Origin: Chrysomallon squamiferum | Taxonomy: Eukaryota > Animalia > Mollusca | Direction: 5' to 3' | Assembly: GCA_012295275.1 (NCBI GenBank) | Contig: CM022675.1 | Span: 2,356,001-2,420,000 of the forward strand | Length of the DNA stretch: 64,000 nt | In this document: positions 14,112 through 27,379 of the stretch, one piece after another | How the letters are laid out: each line of letters opens with the position of its first letter | Position numbering within the stretch: the stretch's first letter is position 1 | Translations under genes and position numbers: made by a program | Notes under the pieces: generated by a model | Seen by the model: only the letters and a program-made list of their open reading frames with translations | Database searches by the model: none | What the model was told of the DNA's origin: nothing

Positions 14112-14148
14112 GTGTGTGTATGTGTGTGTATGTGTGTGTGTCTGCATG

Positions 14149-14197
<49 letters not shown>

Positions 14198-14453
14198 TAA
14201 AAAGGAAATAAAACTAACCTGAGTTACCCCACCACATTCACTATCCTGAACATTGAGAGCCACGCCCTGTTTTCCCGAGGGTAGATCTGATTTTGTGAAC
14301 GTGCAACCTGTCGTGTCTTTTTGATCTTTAGCATAGACGACACTACTGAACGTTTCAGCAGGATTAATAACAATCAACATTGAACTTTTCTGACAGGTAA
14401 CTTCGTCTGAAAATAAATAGATTAATACTGATATACAACAACAGCAGCAACAT

Positions 14454-14503
<50 letters not shown>

Positions 14504-15121
14504 TTACTACTATTACTACTACTACTAGTACTATTATTACTATTATTAGTGTCATTACTCTTGTTGTTGTTGTTGTTGTTGTTGCTGCTGCTGCTGTAAA
14601 TGTGGTAGATAACTCACATCTTTTGTTTTCACATCTGTCACCATAGAAACCAGGTGGACAGAAACACGCCTTGTTTCCATTGTCATTGTAACAGATACCT
14701 CCATCAGAGCCACAAGAGTCAGTCTGACTGGTACACGGACTTGAACCACTCAAACCTGAAAACACAAAGTTTATGTTTCTCATCTACCTTTTTCTTCTTT
14801 CTTTGGATGATGTTATTTGACGTGTTAACAATGAAAACAATGACAAAAGAAAACAAAAAGGAAAGTCACTTTTCATTGCAGTTATCCACGTTTGACATAT
14901 TAGAATTACAATACTGACTTTTCTTCAGCTCACAGTTGTAGCCAGTGTAGTCATTTCCACAGTCACAGGTGCCGTCATTTTGACAAGTTTTATTATTAGC
15001 ACAATCCTGACCTTGTCGTCTGCAGTCGAAGTACTCTTCACCTGTAAACAAGTAAAACATCTTAACATATGTCGGTACACTAGAACTAAATAAGAACAAA
15101 TATATATCAAGAGATACATAA

Positions 15122-15163
<42 letters not shown>

Positions 15164-15383
15164 CAACAACAACAACAACAACAACAATAATAATACTAAT
15201 ACTAATAATAATAACAAAAGCAATAAATAAATAAAATAATAAATAAAATAACAAATAATTGATGTTAGTAAATTAATAAGAACAAACAAAACAAAGTGTT
15301 TTATAAATAAAAGTAGAGAAAGGACAGTTACCCAGCGTGACTGAACAGCTTAGAAGTATCAGATACACAAATGATATCCACAT
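2822..15383 (-). CDS. Gene A (17 exons in window): EGF-EGF-ZP protein with four SRCR domains inserted in the ZP-C region; furin-site and TM exons lie beyond the window start; 1-nt frameshift in the ZP-N2 exon as assembled
   Basis: Exons with GT-AG ends and chaining phases: 15332-15383, 14919-15041, 14618-14755, 14219-14406, 13679-13831, 12561-12703, 12365-12409, 11806-11947, 10927-11099, 9558-9717, 7928-8079, 6948-7098, 6577-6749, 6147-6303, 5032-5198, 3437-3530, 2822-2987. Collinear with gene B. Confidence 0.85.
3437..3530 (-). CDS. Gene A exon ZP-C2
   Basis: ELESGTVRVEACTADNQKTGEDSETLKIIENS; ZP-C V-x-x-C-x-A...II-x-x-(G/S)CP motif; 94 nt, phase 1 to 2. Confidence 0.85.
3807..4943 (-). mobile_element. 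Degenerate Tigger/pogo-like (Tc1/mariner superfamily) DNA transposon in a gene A intron
   Basis: ORF 3937-4311 has CENP-B-type HTH motifs (ALIKWF...SGEML...A.QLG...WTGRFKKRWGI...G.SG.V); TA-CAGTGAACCTGGCG and CGAGCTTTACTG-TA imperfect TIRs with TA flanks; no complete DDE domain. Confidence 0.8.
5032..5198 (-). CDS. Gene A exon SRCR4 C-half
   Basis: SNAKAVRGGSYGRGSGPIFLQFITCLGNETSLEQCYFQWGNHLCDHADDAGVICA; canonical SRCR. Confidence 0.92.
5568..6180. repeat. ~61-bp minisatellite of SRCR4a exon end plus splice donor (gene A)
   Basis: ~10 units; the last overlaps the true exon/intron junction at 6146/6147. Confidence 0.9.
6147..6303 (-). CDS. Gene A exon SRCR4 N-half
   Basis: IRLVNG...EGRVEI...WGTVCD...CRMLGF; 157 nt, phase 1 to 2. 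Confidence 0.92.
6577..6749 (-). CDS. Gene A exon SRCR3 C-half
   Basis: SYSGVLLGQNEHNLTSSDTKRWISGVTCSGVEKHINQC...LALLCA; 173 nt. Confidence 0.88.
6948..7098 (-). CDS. Gene A exon SRCR3 N-half
   Basis: DISNIELRLVGGPSYGVVEVKKNNVWGKITEAVYTVTIAKVMCRTLGFN. Confidence 0.9.
7928..8079 (-). CDS. Gene A exon SRCR2 C-half
   Basis: YEVYGAGESVTDNRFKYDVKCKGWEHGLHLCFLRLLDEASDCHSAQIKCS; 152 nt, phase 2 to 1. Confidence 0.85.
9558..9717 (-). CDS. Gene A exon SRCR2 N-half
   Basis: NPTPYKLQLVGGKNKQEGKLQVFDDGNWKTLCQPNTWENNLAEAVCRQLDYG. Confidence 0.9.
10927..11099 (-). CDS. Gene A exon SRCR1 C-half
   Basis: AYGLPRGKGFFQEGTGKIFQLWLSCYGHERNMDECTEWTIYDCGNDCWGDDVGIICD. Confidence 0.9.
11806..11947 (-). CDS. Gene A exon SRCR1 N-half
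   Basis: VKARLVGGNTTKEGRLELFYKGKWLRMHIDQMFFNAATLICRELGFN; 142 nt. Confidence 0.88.
12365..12409 (-). CDS. Gene A 45-nt linker micro-exon
   Basis: LTAVVSNTITHIEL; AG/GT, phase 1-1; homologue in B at 49044-49088. Confidence 0.75.
12561..12703 (-). CDS. Gene A exon: ZP interdomain linker and start of ZP-C
   Basis: NGQNITNTVNSIDSSLVQFNINLKDGSSVSESAAVSLNEELTFQFTT; V-x-L-(G/N)-(D/E)-x-L-x-F motif typical of the ZP-C start. Confidence 0.85.
13679..13831 (-). CDS. Gene A exon ZP-N2 (153 nt; +1 frameshift in an A8 run)
   Basis: QNAGRCRDVIVQFSEKYMTNLDTKVSVTCEK/NNRATTVTVTKVITTKQTER; the B homologue is 152 nt. Confidence 0.8.
14219..14406 (-). CDS. Gene A exon ZP-N1
   Basis: YEVTCQKSSMLIVINPAETFSSVVYAKDQKDTTGCTFTKSDLPSGKQGVALNVQDSECGGVTQ; V-x-C-x-x-x-x-M...F-x-x-x-x-Y...C...CG ZP-N pattern. 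Confidence 0.88.
14618..14755 (-). CDS. Gene A exon EGF2
   Basis: PCTSQTDSCGSDGGICYNDNGNKACFCPPGFYGDRCE; six-Cys EGF. Confidence 0.92.
14919..15041 (-). CDS. Gene A exon EGF1
   Basis: EEYFDCRRQGQDCANNKTCQNDGTCDCGNDYTGYNCELKK. Confidence 0.92.
15332..15383 (-). CDS. Gene A start codon and signal peptide exon
   Basis: MWISFVYLILLSCSVTL(G); an acceptor AG 12 nt upstream of the ATG implies a non-coding 5' exon. Confidence 0.85.
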
Positions 15384-16699
15384 GTTTAGTTCACACTGAA
15401 ACAAAGCAAATAGAATAAAACATAATATAATGTAATATAATGTAATATAATATAATATAATGTAATATAATGTAATATAATATAATATAATATAATGTAA
15501 TATAATGTAATATAATGTAATATAATATAATATAATATAATATAATATAATATTATATAATGTAATATAATATAATAAGTAAATAGAGTGATTCAAAAGA
15601 CTACTGGTAAAAGCAGCTGTGATGTTTTATTTTTGTGTTTGCGTAACTCGTACCTGATGTTAACAGACATGAATCTTTTTGATGTTGCACGGACTACTTG
15701 TACACAAAGTCATTACAGACTGAGTTTCCACTGGAGACAGGATTTGTTTCACACGAAACTGACACACTGGCAAAATGTGTTTCCGAAAAAACCAAGGAGA
15801 AAAAAGAAATTGATGTAACTTTGTACGAGTTGCTAAATGATGTAAATTTAAAAATGATACACTGAACAGCAAATAAAGGACAGTATTCTTCATGTCGGAT
15901 AAGGGTTTCATTGCGACATGTTAACTAATGTAGACTGCTATGACTCAATAATTATCAAAGATATTTTGAGACTAAAGTAAGACACAACCATCAACAAAAA
16001 CGGTGAAAATAACCGAGATTTTAACATAGAGGTTATTTTCACGTACTCAACACTTATCGTCTTGTCTCGCATGATTTCGTCTATATAATGCTTATTTGTT
16101 GTGAAGATAAAGAACAAGATAGTGTACTGAAAACATCTAAGCACTGTGCTGTCGCTGGTTTCAATGGGAGAATGTTTTTTCACCGTTTGTCAGATAACTC
16201 TATACCAGAATTTACTGCCATTTGATTTTCGCACTTATTTTATGTTTTGAATTAGTTTTTAGTGTGCAGTCAATGTGTTAGATGAAATACATACTTTTAA
16301 TCCACGACATTTTTAATGCATTACAAAATAAATTAACATTTATTGCTCTTAAATCACCTGAACTAATGAATTACTATCTATTTTATCACGCTTTTAATTC
16401 CAAATGAATAATGACAAACAAATTTCGATAAAACTAATCTTTTGTTTACAGTATTTTTTCTTGGAGTTGACAAACGACGTTTGGATCATTGTTCATGCAT
16501 CATTATAAACTCATTCAGCTTTGGATTTTATATTTTGTATTGATGCAGACAGGTCGAAAACCGTGCCCCAAGTATTATAAATTATACTGTCCGTTTAAAT
16601 TTATGTTGTTAAGAAAATTTATCCGTGAACATTACGGTCTTTGTCTAATTTTACTACGTTAATTTTATCAGTATTGACTTTAAGACCAGATATATTGAT

Positions 16700-17620
16700 A
16701 AATAATCAAAATTTTACATAGATGTTGTAAGAGTTGTAGTGCACCAGTCTAATAGCAGTTTTGTGTCGTCGGCAAACTGTGAAATTTTAAATACATTGCC
16801 GTGAATCTTTGTTATTTCTTATCAACATTCCAAGAATCACTACACATAAAATAGAAACACCGGGAATCTCGTTGTCTACATCCTCTGCCAAGTTTGAAGC
16901 GTTCAGTGATCCTTTGATTTAGTTATAAACCCGATTTCCATTCAGTATTAAAAGATCGATATGCATGTTTGAATCGAGGCCCCAGACTTTAATTAAGCTA
17001 ATGCTTTTTGCTAATAAAATTCCACGAATTGTATCAAAAGCATTTTCAAAAGATACAATTAATAACATCCAAGGCTTGTTTCGTGCTACCGGTGACTTTA
17101 AATTATTCGTTTGTGTTAAAATGTTAGCAAATTCTGCGTAAGTTAAATTTAAGGCTACTACTTTATCCCCAATTTGATTTTAATTTTGTAATAGTTTATT
17201 TTCTTTGTCTGTTACTACTGTTAATGCTTTTGTCTCATACTTTCTCTTTTCTAATCTTCAAGCTTGTTTAAGTTTTTTAACCATGTTCTTCCTACCCAGG
17301 TCGTGATCTAATGAAAGCACAGTTGTTTCTACCCTGTGAGCTTCTTGTTCGCTTTTAGACAGAGTATCAAAGTTAAAGAGAATTGATATCGCGTGTGGTT
17401 TTACAGTTTCTTTAGCAATTTCTTTAGCCATAAAAACAGTTGGTATTGTGTAAAAGGTAATTACTAAATTTTCAAAATCCGATCCCTTTTGCAATATCTG
17501 AAACAATCATTTCCAATGTAGGACATGAGTGATCAGTTCTGTAGCTTGTTTCTTTGTTGCAGATAAACGTTAAACAGTCTTCACTCGTCAACCTGTCTAT
17601 TATTTTGAACACTCTACTGA
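16700..17620 (-). mobile_element. Possible decayed retroelement (LINE ORF1-like) fragment
   Basis: Complex, microsatellite-free tract with broken reading frames; ORF 17258-17506 LVITFYTIPTVF loosely resembles the ITxYxTGTV motif of some LINE ORF1 proteins. Confidence 0.25.
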
Positions 17621-18463
17621 CGTATTGATAGTAGTACATTATACTCGTCACGTAAAACCCATATACATCACATTATAGAGGCTTAGCATAGACGGAAAAC
17701 CTTCATGGACGGATCTACGGTACATAACTCAACTTAATTTAGCTTTAGTGTGCACCAGAAAGCTTTTTCGTCAGTTTTTGATAAACAAAGCCGGAGAATC
17801 AACAGACAAGTTTACCGTATAAGTTGTGTGGCTAAGGGAAGCTTATTGACTACTTTAAATCATATACAAGTTGCAGATTATGCATTTTTCTCAGAGGCAA
17901 CTAGATGTCATATAAATATTTAGTGTAGCAGATACATAAAAATGTGTACTAAAATGTGTGGTCTTCTCAGCAGATGTCGTGCCAAGGCAATTGTAAATGT
18001 ACTTCTCAGATCAACAGCTTAGTTTTCAAGTTATAGCAGATTTTGTGTACTCGTAATCATCATTACGAAAGTTATCATTATCATCAGAATATTCATAATA
18101 ATATTTTTGCAAGATGTTTTTTTTTTTTTTGTATGCATTGTATGTAGGCATGTGTGTATATATGTAATGTGTAATGAATTATAAATGTGTATACGTATGT
18201 AGCGAAGTGTAGTTATTCGAAGTTGAAGCAGGATTTAGGAAGGACTAAATTACCAAGTTTCCACATGACAGTCTGTGAGTTTCTTATATGTTATCGTATT
18301 ATATTATTTTGATCGGATTATGTGTAAACACAGAGCATTATTGTGGATCAAATTAGGAGTAAATCGCTTTATATTAAACTGATGAAAGTTACGTATAAAA
18401 ATGTTTTACATTATTCTGACTACATTAACTGATACTAACATTTTTTTTATTATTATTATTATA

Positions 18464-18520
<57 letters not shown>

Positions 18521-18907
18521 TGTATTATTATTATTATTATGATTATTGTTATTGTTATTATTATTATTATTATTATCATCATCATCATTATTTATGATTA
18601 TTGGTGTGTTTTAATTAGTTCCTGTTTAGGATATTTTCTGTAATGTACTTCATTTTGACTACTAAAACGTTTCTGATAGACGGTAGAAAAAATTCACAGG
18701 AAATCGATCGCTGAAATCTCGATGATGTCACATGTACCGAATTATGGCGGCGTACAAATATGTTTCATGTTGTTGATTTTGTATGGGGCAGATAAAAAAA
18801 AAAAAAATAAATAAATTAATTAAAATAAAAATAATAATCAAATAATAATATTAATAATGAAACAACAAAAACCATAATACTAATACAACAAAAAATTAAA
18901 TTTAAAA

Positions 18908-18954
<47 letters not shown>

Positions 18955-19605
18955 ATGAATGAATAAATAAATAAATAAAATAAATAAATAAATAAATAAG
19001 TTAATAAATGAATAAATAAATAAATAAAAATGAAACTTTCGTTTATGCAAACTATAATTAGAACATTTCTGTAAACTGATGATTTTAAATACGAAACTAT
19101 TACATACACAATATTTTCTAAAATAAAAGCTTTTGGTTAATTACTGATCAGTGAAGAAAATAACAGTATCTTACGTAACAGAATTTTTCAGTTATATCCT
19201 TTATGCAGATTGGTTTGCTTACAAATAAAGAGAAAGCGCATCCATGCATTCACTGAAGATAAGAAACCTGAACCTACCTTGTCCGCTGTGAGATTCAGAA
19301 CAAAACGTATTCCTCAGCCTCAAGATGTGATGTGCTTCGAGTAAAGTAGAAAAGTACAGCTCACGATTAGTTTTATCGTGTTTTATGTGGGCAGGTGAAA
19401 CAAGACACCCTGTTTAATGCATCAGTACTTTTTAAATATCGTATCATGTTAAAACTGTCACAAGATTTTTTCTTTCTATGACGTTCTGGTAGAACGAGCA
19501 AGCATTTACTTTGTAGTTAATAATTGTGTAAAATAAATGTCACCCTATCAGTACAATATTTCCATTGTGTATATATAGTATATAGAGCGAACGAGCGAGC
19601 GAGCG

Positions 19606-19688
<83 letters not shown>

Positions 19689-19821
19689 AAAAAAAAAAAA
19701 AAGACCGACAGTTATACATTTAAATCGTAATGTTAGGAACTTTGTATAGATGTTCAGTTTAGTTATTTATTTAATTGTATGTTTGTTTGTTTGATGGTGT
19801 GTTTGTTTGGGTGTTTGGGTA

Positions 19822-19874
<53 letters not shown>

Positions 19875-20367
19875 CTATCTATCTATCTATATATCTATGT
19901 ATATGTTTTGACGAAAGCCTAGAGAAATAAGATGATTATTTATTTATTTATTTAAGTTCAAGTGCTGACATACATTACCTCTATATAACTAGTATCCTAC
20001 CACACACGTTTACACATATACTGTGTGTATGTATGTATGCATGTATGTATGTATGTATTTGTGCTCAGATGATTTTATGTATGCCGATAATTATGTCCTA
20101 GACTTAACTTTAAAAGCAACCACAAACATAAGCTTTCTTCTTTCTCCAAAAACTTAGTATGTATTACAATTCATGCGTATCTGTGTTTCTGGAGCACTAG
20201 ACGTCAGTGACTGTGCTTGAATACGTATCAGCCAAGCCCAGTGTCATTTTTATTTTCTTTCTTTTCTCATAAAGAATTGAGGGATAGCCGCGTCTTACGC
20301 CCCGAGCGTAAAGAATCGATGCTTTATACACATCATTTTCTATTCAGTCTCTTTATATATGTGTGCG

Positions 20368-20460
<93 letters not shown>

Positions 20461-21567
20461 AACAACAACAAAACAAAACAAAAACTGTGAAAGACCGAGA
20501 GTTATAAATTTAAATCGTAATGCTAGGAACTCGGTGTATATGTTCAGTTTAGTTATTTATTTAATTGTATGTTTGGATGATATATATATATATATATATA
20601 TATATAAACAGAGAGAGACAGAGAGACAGAGAGATAACAACAAACAAACAACAATATAAATCGTGAAAGTCACATAATGTTAGGAACTTTTTACATTAGT
20701 TCAGTTTATTTACTTTTGTGTTTGTTTGTTTGTTTTTATCTTTGCTTATGTCTGGAATGTGTAATAATTTGTAATCATGTATAAGCTACATAAATTATAT
20801 CGAAACTGCTAATAATAATAATAATAACAAATATCAGGGTTTTTGCCATTTGTAAAATCTACTATTACTGCTGCTACTACTACTACTACTACTACAACTA
20901 CTACTACTGTAATAGTCATAGTAGTCGTGTCTATATAACTGTTTCCAATACTATTGGTTCATTTAATAGTACTACTATGATACAGCTTCTGCTATTGTTA
21001 ATATTACTTCTACTGTTACTACTATCACAACTGCTACAACTTGTACTAATACAGCTAATGTTACTCCTACCTCCACTAGTGGCGTACATCTACCACAACA
21101 AGTACTGTCACTACTACTAGTATCATTATACTACTACCACTACTACTATTTCTATTACTTAACCCATCACTACATTATAACAACCACTACTATTACTGAT
21201 AATTCTATTACTACTGCTATTAGAATGACGACTGTCTCTACTAAAAACATACATACATACGAACAAAAACAGTGCAAATTACATATTTAACATTAATAGC
21301 AACAAGAAATAACCTAAAATGTGTTTGTTGATGCCTGTGGAGTGAATGCAAGCTGTATCATGAGTGACTGTGGTCATACGAATTGAAAACTAGGCCAGGA
21401 AAGAAAACATCGGTACCTATTTTTTTTTGTTCATGTTTTTTATGTATTTATCTTTTATGTTTTAATATTTTTCGTTTCTACATAATTGTGACTTTAGTCA
21501 AAGAAATGTCAAACCAGTTTTCTAATTTTTAAAATGTTCTTTCATAAATAGTAAAATAACAACAACG

Positions 21568-21649
<82 letters not shown>

Positions 21650-22119
21650 TAACAATAATAATACAATAATAATAAGGTAATAATAAACGTACTGATAATA
21701 ATTACACATTCAAATAAGAAAATGGATAAGTAAATATATTAATATTGTTGTTTTGTTGTTGTTTTTGTTAAAGATGAATTTCTGTATTGCGGCATATAAC
21801 GGTAAAGACTGAGGATAACATGTTTGTGTATCGAATAAAAGATAAAAGTAGCATCTTATGATATGCATATATATATATGTTGATGTTCTTTGTTATCGTA
21901 ATAGCTAACTGCGTTAACAGAAAGACATAATGATATATTAGTCAAAGAGAAGTGAAAATGGGTGCGTCTTTTCTTCAACTCTTTTTGTACAAAATCAACT
22001 TCATATGCTAAAAAAAGAAATCAATGAATAATAAATAAATAAATAAAAAATAAAATAAAAACAACACAACCAACGAAAATGAATTAATCTTAGAAAAACA
22101 ACACTATGTACGTAGTTAG

Positions 22120-22207
22120 ACACACACACACACAAACACACACACACAAACACAAGCACACACACACACAAACACACACACAAACACAAACACACACACA
22201 AACACAA

Positions 22208-22248
<41 letters not shown>

Positions 22249-22258
22249 AACACACACA

Positions 22259-22316
<58 letters not shown>

Positions 22317-22398
22317 ACAAACACACACACACACAAAACACACACACACAAAACACACACAAACACACACACACACACAAACACAAACACACACACAA

Positions 22399-22429
<31 letters not shown>

Positions 22430-22494
22430 CACACAAACACACAACACAAACACACACACAAACACACACACAAACACACACACAAACACACACA

Positions 22495-22544
<50 letters not shown>

Positions 22545-22580
22545 AACACACACAAACACACACACAAACACACACACACA

Positions 22581-22617
<37 letters not shown>

Positions 22618-22629
22618 AACACACACACA

Positions 22630-22672
<43 letters not shown>
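22120..22672. repeat. Long imperfect (CA)n/(CAAA) microsatellite
   Basis: Seen directly; source of the VC/HT pseudo-ORFs. Confidence 0.95.
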
Positions 22673-22675
<3 letters not shown>

Positions 22676-23530
22676 GATACATAGAAAAAAGATACTAATG
22701 GAAAGAAAAGTACGCGAATTGTCTAGGTGAAAGAATGTTTAGTTATGTTTTTCACTAAATTAAACTTGGCTCTTCAAAGAAATAGTACTACAAAAACCAT
22801 CCCAGGCTATTATATAGATTTACAAATTAAGTTTTTATTTTGAACGGGCTATCCACCATTCATTTGAAAATATAAATTCATATTCACACCGTAACACCCG
22901 CAGAGATAATATCTATCTGAAATAATTTACTTTTTATACTGTAATGAAACATCACTGAACACTTCACGTCGTAAAATATGCTGATCTTCTTTTTACAGTG
23001 AGTGAACTCAGGCAGAACAAAACTGTTCATACCTTTTAGCTTAAGAAATCAACTGAAAACAGTGTATGCGTGTTCAGCCGACTGAAACGAGTACGTACTG
23101 TAAGGTCGGTACACACAAGTGAAATGCAAAATGTACAGTGAAGCCTTCTTTAACCAGGTTCTTTATTAGTAGAATAGCAGCACTAGTAGTACCAACAGTA
23201 GTAATACTAATGTTAGTAAATAGAGTATTAGTAGTGATAGTGGTAGTACTATTAGTATTAGTATTAGTCATAATACTAACAGAGTAATACTAGCACTAGC
23301 AGGTACTCAGTAGCGCCTCTATTTCTGGAAAGTATCATCATGTAGTGTCCTAAACGATGTTAATAGTCGACCACGAGTTTAATATATTTTGTTAGACAGA
23401 CTCAGACAGGTTACTTGGTAAAGTGGGAACGCGCTATCGCTATAAATGATAATTACAGAAATACATTTTTAAAAAAGACGGAAATGGTTTGATATTCAGC
23501 AATGAATATCACTTGAATAAAATTAATTGC

Positions 23531-23568
<38 letters not shown>

Positions 23569-24205
23569 ATAATAATAAAAGAAAGATAAAAAAGGTAGTA
23601 AATGAATAAAAATCTTTACTGCACTAAACATGTTAGAAAAACGTTTAGACAAACAGCTTCACTGAAATGAAACATGCATATACACTAAACATCATTTTGT
23701 TAGACAGACTCAGACAGATATATATATATATATAAAGACGCGTAGATACATGTATACTGACAAACTTTATTACTTTCTGTTTTCTTTCATTAGATACAAT
23801 AAACACGCACACACATACGCGCGAAACACACACACACACACACAAACAAATTACCAAAGTCGACTGATGTGGATGACAGAAAGTATGGATATGTCTTCTT
23901 TCTTTTTTTTACTAGATTAAACTAGATTTTCACAAAGAAATAAAACTACAACAAACGTCACCGGCAAAATGAAAATATAAAAATAGAGTGAAATCCTTTG
24001 TTCATCTTCTTTAATATTACTAGTAGTAGTACCAGTGGTAGCAGTAGCAATAGTTTCAGTATGAAAGTAATTATGCAACTGTTGCTGTTGTGCTATGTGT
24101 AATTTTAGCAGTATCAGAATTAGAATCCGTAGTACAAGCATTAATAGTGTAGTAGTTATAGTAGTGGTAGTAGTAGTAGTACAGTAGTAGTGGTGGTAGT
24201 AGTAA

Positions 24206-24238
<33 letters not shown>

Positions 24239-24910
24239 TAGTAGTAGTAGTAGTAGTAGTAAAATATATAACTGTAAGAGCATCAGTAGTGGTTGTACGA
24301 GTTATATTAGTAATTTTCTAACTACCTACTTGCGTACCGATCCATCGATGTTAATATTTCTTTGTCTTTATTTTGTAAATAACCAAAGAAACACATCGGT
24401 GCATCTTCAAACTGACGTAATTTTGATTTGCACGAATTAAAATTAAACGATAAATCGGGCAGATTATGACTACTTTCTTTGACCATCTCATACAGCAAAT
24501 CATCTCTGAGTAAAATAAACGTGATATCTGATTGAAATAAGGAATAAAGGTGAAATAAAACATAAATATAAATATGTCAGTCGATGGATGCATCTACATA
24601 ACCTACCTGACTAATTGTATATCTGACTGTGTGTATACTCATCTCCCTATTTATTTATTTTTGCTTAGATTGTTTCACGGATTTAACAAGGATTAGGGGC
24701 CACGGTTGTTGTCAGAAGCTAGAGCAGTGATGGATTACACGTGTCTTCGTGTTACAAGAGAACAGAAGTCTTAGCCAAAACAGATCTGTGTGTATATATG
24801 TATATATGTATGTGTGTATGTACGAATGTATGTACATATATAGTTCAGTTCATATCTATCTATCTATATATGCATCTATGTATCTATCTATCTATGTATC
24901 TATCTAGTAT

Positions 24911-24971
<61 letters not shown>

Positions 24972-25288
24972 ATATCTATATGTATATATGTATATGCAAG
25001 TACCAATATTTGGATAGGTGGATGAATGATGGACTTACACATAGCATCATTATATTCTTTTATTTCTCATACAGATGTATGAGCTATTTATACAGTTAAG
25101 AAAAAAAGATGTGTGTATGTATCTGTGTATGTATGTTGCGTGTATCTCTCCATTTGAATCCATGTGCCTACCTGCCTCCATACTTACCTACCTGTCTCTC
25201 ACATCTATATATATTTCTATCTGTCTGCCTCTCAGTCTCTGCCTCTGTTTATCTGGCTCATCTTTATATATATCTAGTAATAATAGTA

Positions 25289-25357
<69 letters not shown>

Positions 25358-25728
25358 GTAATAATAATATATATATATATATAGTTTAGGATTTTGAATA
25401 GCCTCTGTATGATGTACGTCTGAATAGACTCTGCACACAGACAGTATTCGGGAAGGCACTGGCGCAGGAGGACAAAGACCAATCACGACCTCACAAACTG
25501 TGAGGTGCCGCTGAGGAGACTCGAACGCAAGGACCCATTTACCTGCAGCGTATTTCGCTGTCGATGTTTCTATTACTAGTACAGTACTATGTCTGCTATT
25601 ACTTCTGTTAGACTGTTATTTGTATTACTACGAGTAGTACCTGTACTGTTCTAACTTCTACACCTGTGAATGCTGCTGGTATTACTTCTACTAAAACTTC
25701 AACTTTTGCTATTACCTGTAAAGCTACT

Positions 25729-27379
25729 ACAGCTACCACTACAGCCAGACAGGATTAAACAGCTACCACTACAGTCAGACATGATTAAACAGCTACCACT
25801 ACAGTCAAACATGATTAAACAGCTACCACTACACCCAGACAGGATTAAACAGCTACCACTACAGTCAGACAGGATTAAACAGCTACCACTACAGTCAGAC
25901 ATGATTAAACAGCTACCACTACAGTCAAACATGATTAAACAGGTACCCCTACAGCCAGACATGATTAAACAGCTACCACTACAGTCAAACATGATTAAAG
26001 AGCTATCACTACAGCAAGACATGATTAAACAGCTACCACTACAGCCAGACAGGATTAAACAGCTACCAGTACAGTCAGACATGATTAAACAGCTACCAGT
26101 ACAGTCAGACATGATTAAACAGCTACCAGTACAGTCAGACATGATTAAACAGCTACCAGTACAGTCAGACAGGATTAAACAGCTATCTCTAATTCAGACA
26201 TGATTAAACAGCTGCCACTACAGTCAGGCATGATTAAACAGCCGCCACTAAAGGCAGACATGATTAAACAGACATCAGTACAGTCAGACATGATTAAACA
26301 GCTACCGCTACAGTCAGACATGATTAAACAGCTACCACTACAGTCAGACATGATTAAACAGCTACCACTACAGTCAGACATGATTAAACAGCCACCACTA
26401 CAGTCAGACAGGATTAAACAGCTACCTATACAGTCAGACAGGATTAAACAGCTACCACTACAGTCAGACAGGATTAAACAGCTACCACTACAGTCAGACA
26501 GGATTAAACAGCTACCATTACAGCCAGACAGGATTGAACAGCTACCACTACAGTCAGACAGGATTAAACAGCTACTACTACAGTCAAACATGATTAAACA
26601 GCTACCACTACAGTCAGACAGGATTAAACAGCTACCACTACAGTCAGACATGATTAAACAGCTACCACTACAGTCAGACATGATTAAACAGCCATCAGTA
26701 TAGACAGACATGATTAAACAGCTACCACTACAGTCAGACATTATTAAACAGCTATCTCTAATTCAGACATGATTAAACAGCTACCACTACAGTCAGACAT
26801 GATTAAACAGCTACCAGTACAGTCAGTCATGATTAAACAGCCGCCACTAAAGGCAGATATGATTAAACAGACATCAGTACAGTCAGACATGATTAAACAG
26901 CTACCGCTACAGTCAGACATGATTAAACAGCTACCAGTACAGTGAGACATGATTAAACAGCTACCAGTACAGTGAGACATGATTAAATAGGTACCAGTAC
27001 AGTGAGACATGATTAACAGCCATCAGTACAGTCAGACATGATTAAACAGCTGCCACTACAGTCAGACATGATTAAACAGCTACCAGTACAGTGAGACATG
27101 ATTAAACAGCTACCAGTACAGTGAGACATGATTAACAGCCATCAGTACAGTCAGACATGATTAAACAGCTACCACTACAGTCAGACATGATTAAACAGCC
27201 ATCAGTACAGTGAGACCTGATTAAACAGCTACGAGTACAGTGAGACATGATTAAACATCTACCAGTACAGTGAGACATGATTAAACATCCATCACTACAG
27301 TCAGACATGATTAAACAGCCATCAGTACAGTCAGACATGATTAAACATCCATCACTACAGTCAGACATGATTAAACAGC
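25729..27379. repeat. 30-bp minisatellite, about 55 units
   Basis: Consensus acagtcagacatgattaaacagctaccact with occasional 29-bp variants. Confidence 0.95.

Noticed and set aside
19270-19345. Candidate non-coding first exon of gene A (AAG/GTAGGT donor on the minus strand near 19277)
   Set aside because: A single good donor motif with no homologue seen upstream of gene B and no transcript evidence.
22001-22684. Long VC/HT-repeat ORFs (188-223 aa)
   Set aside because: Translations of a (CA)n microsatellite, open in several frames on both strands.
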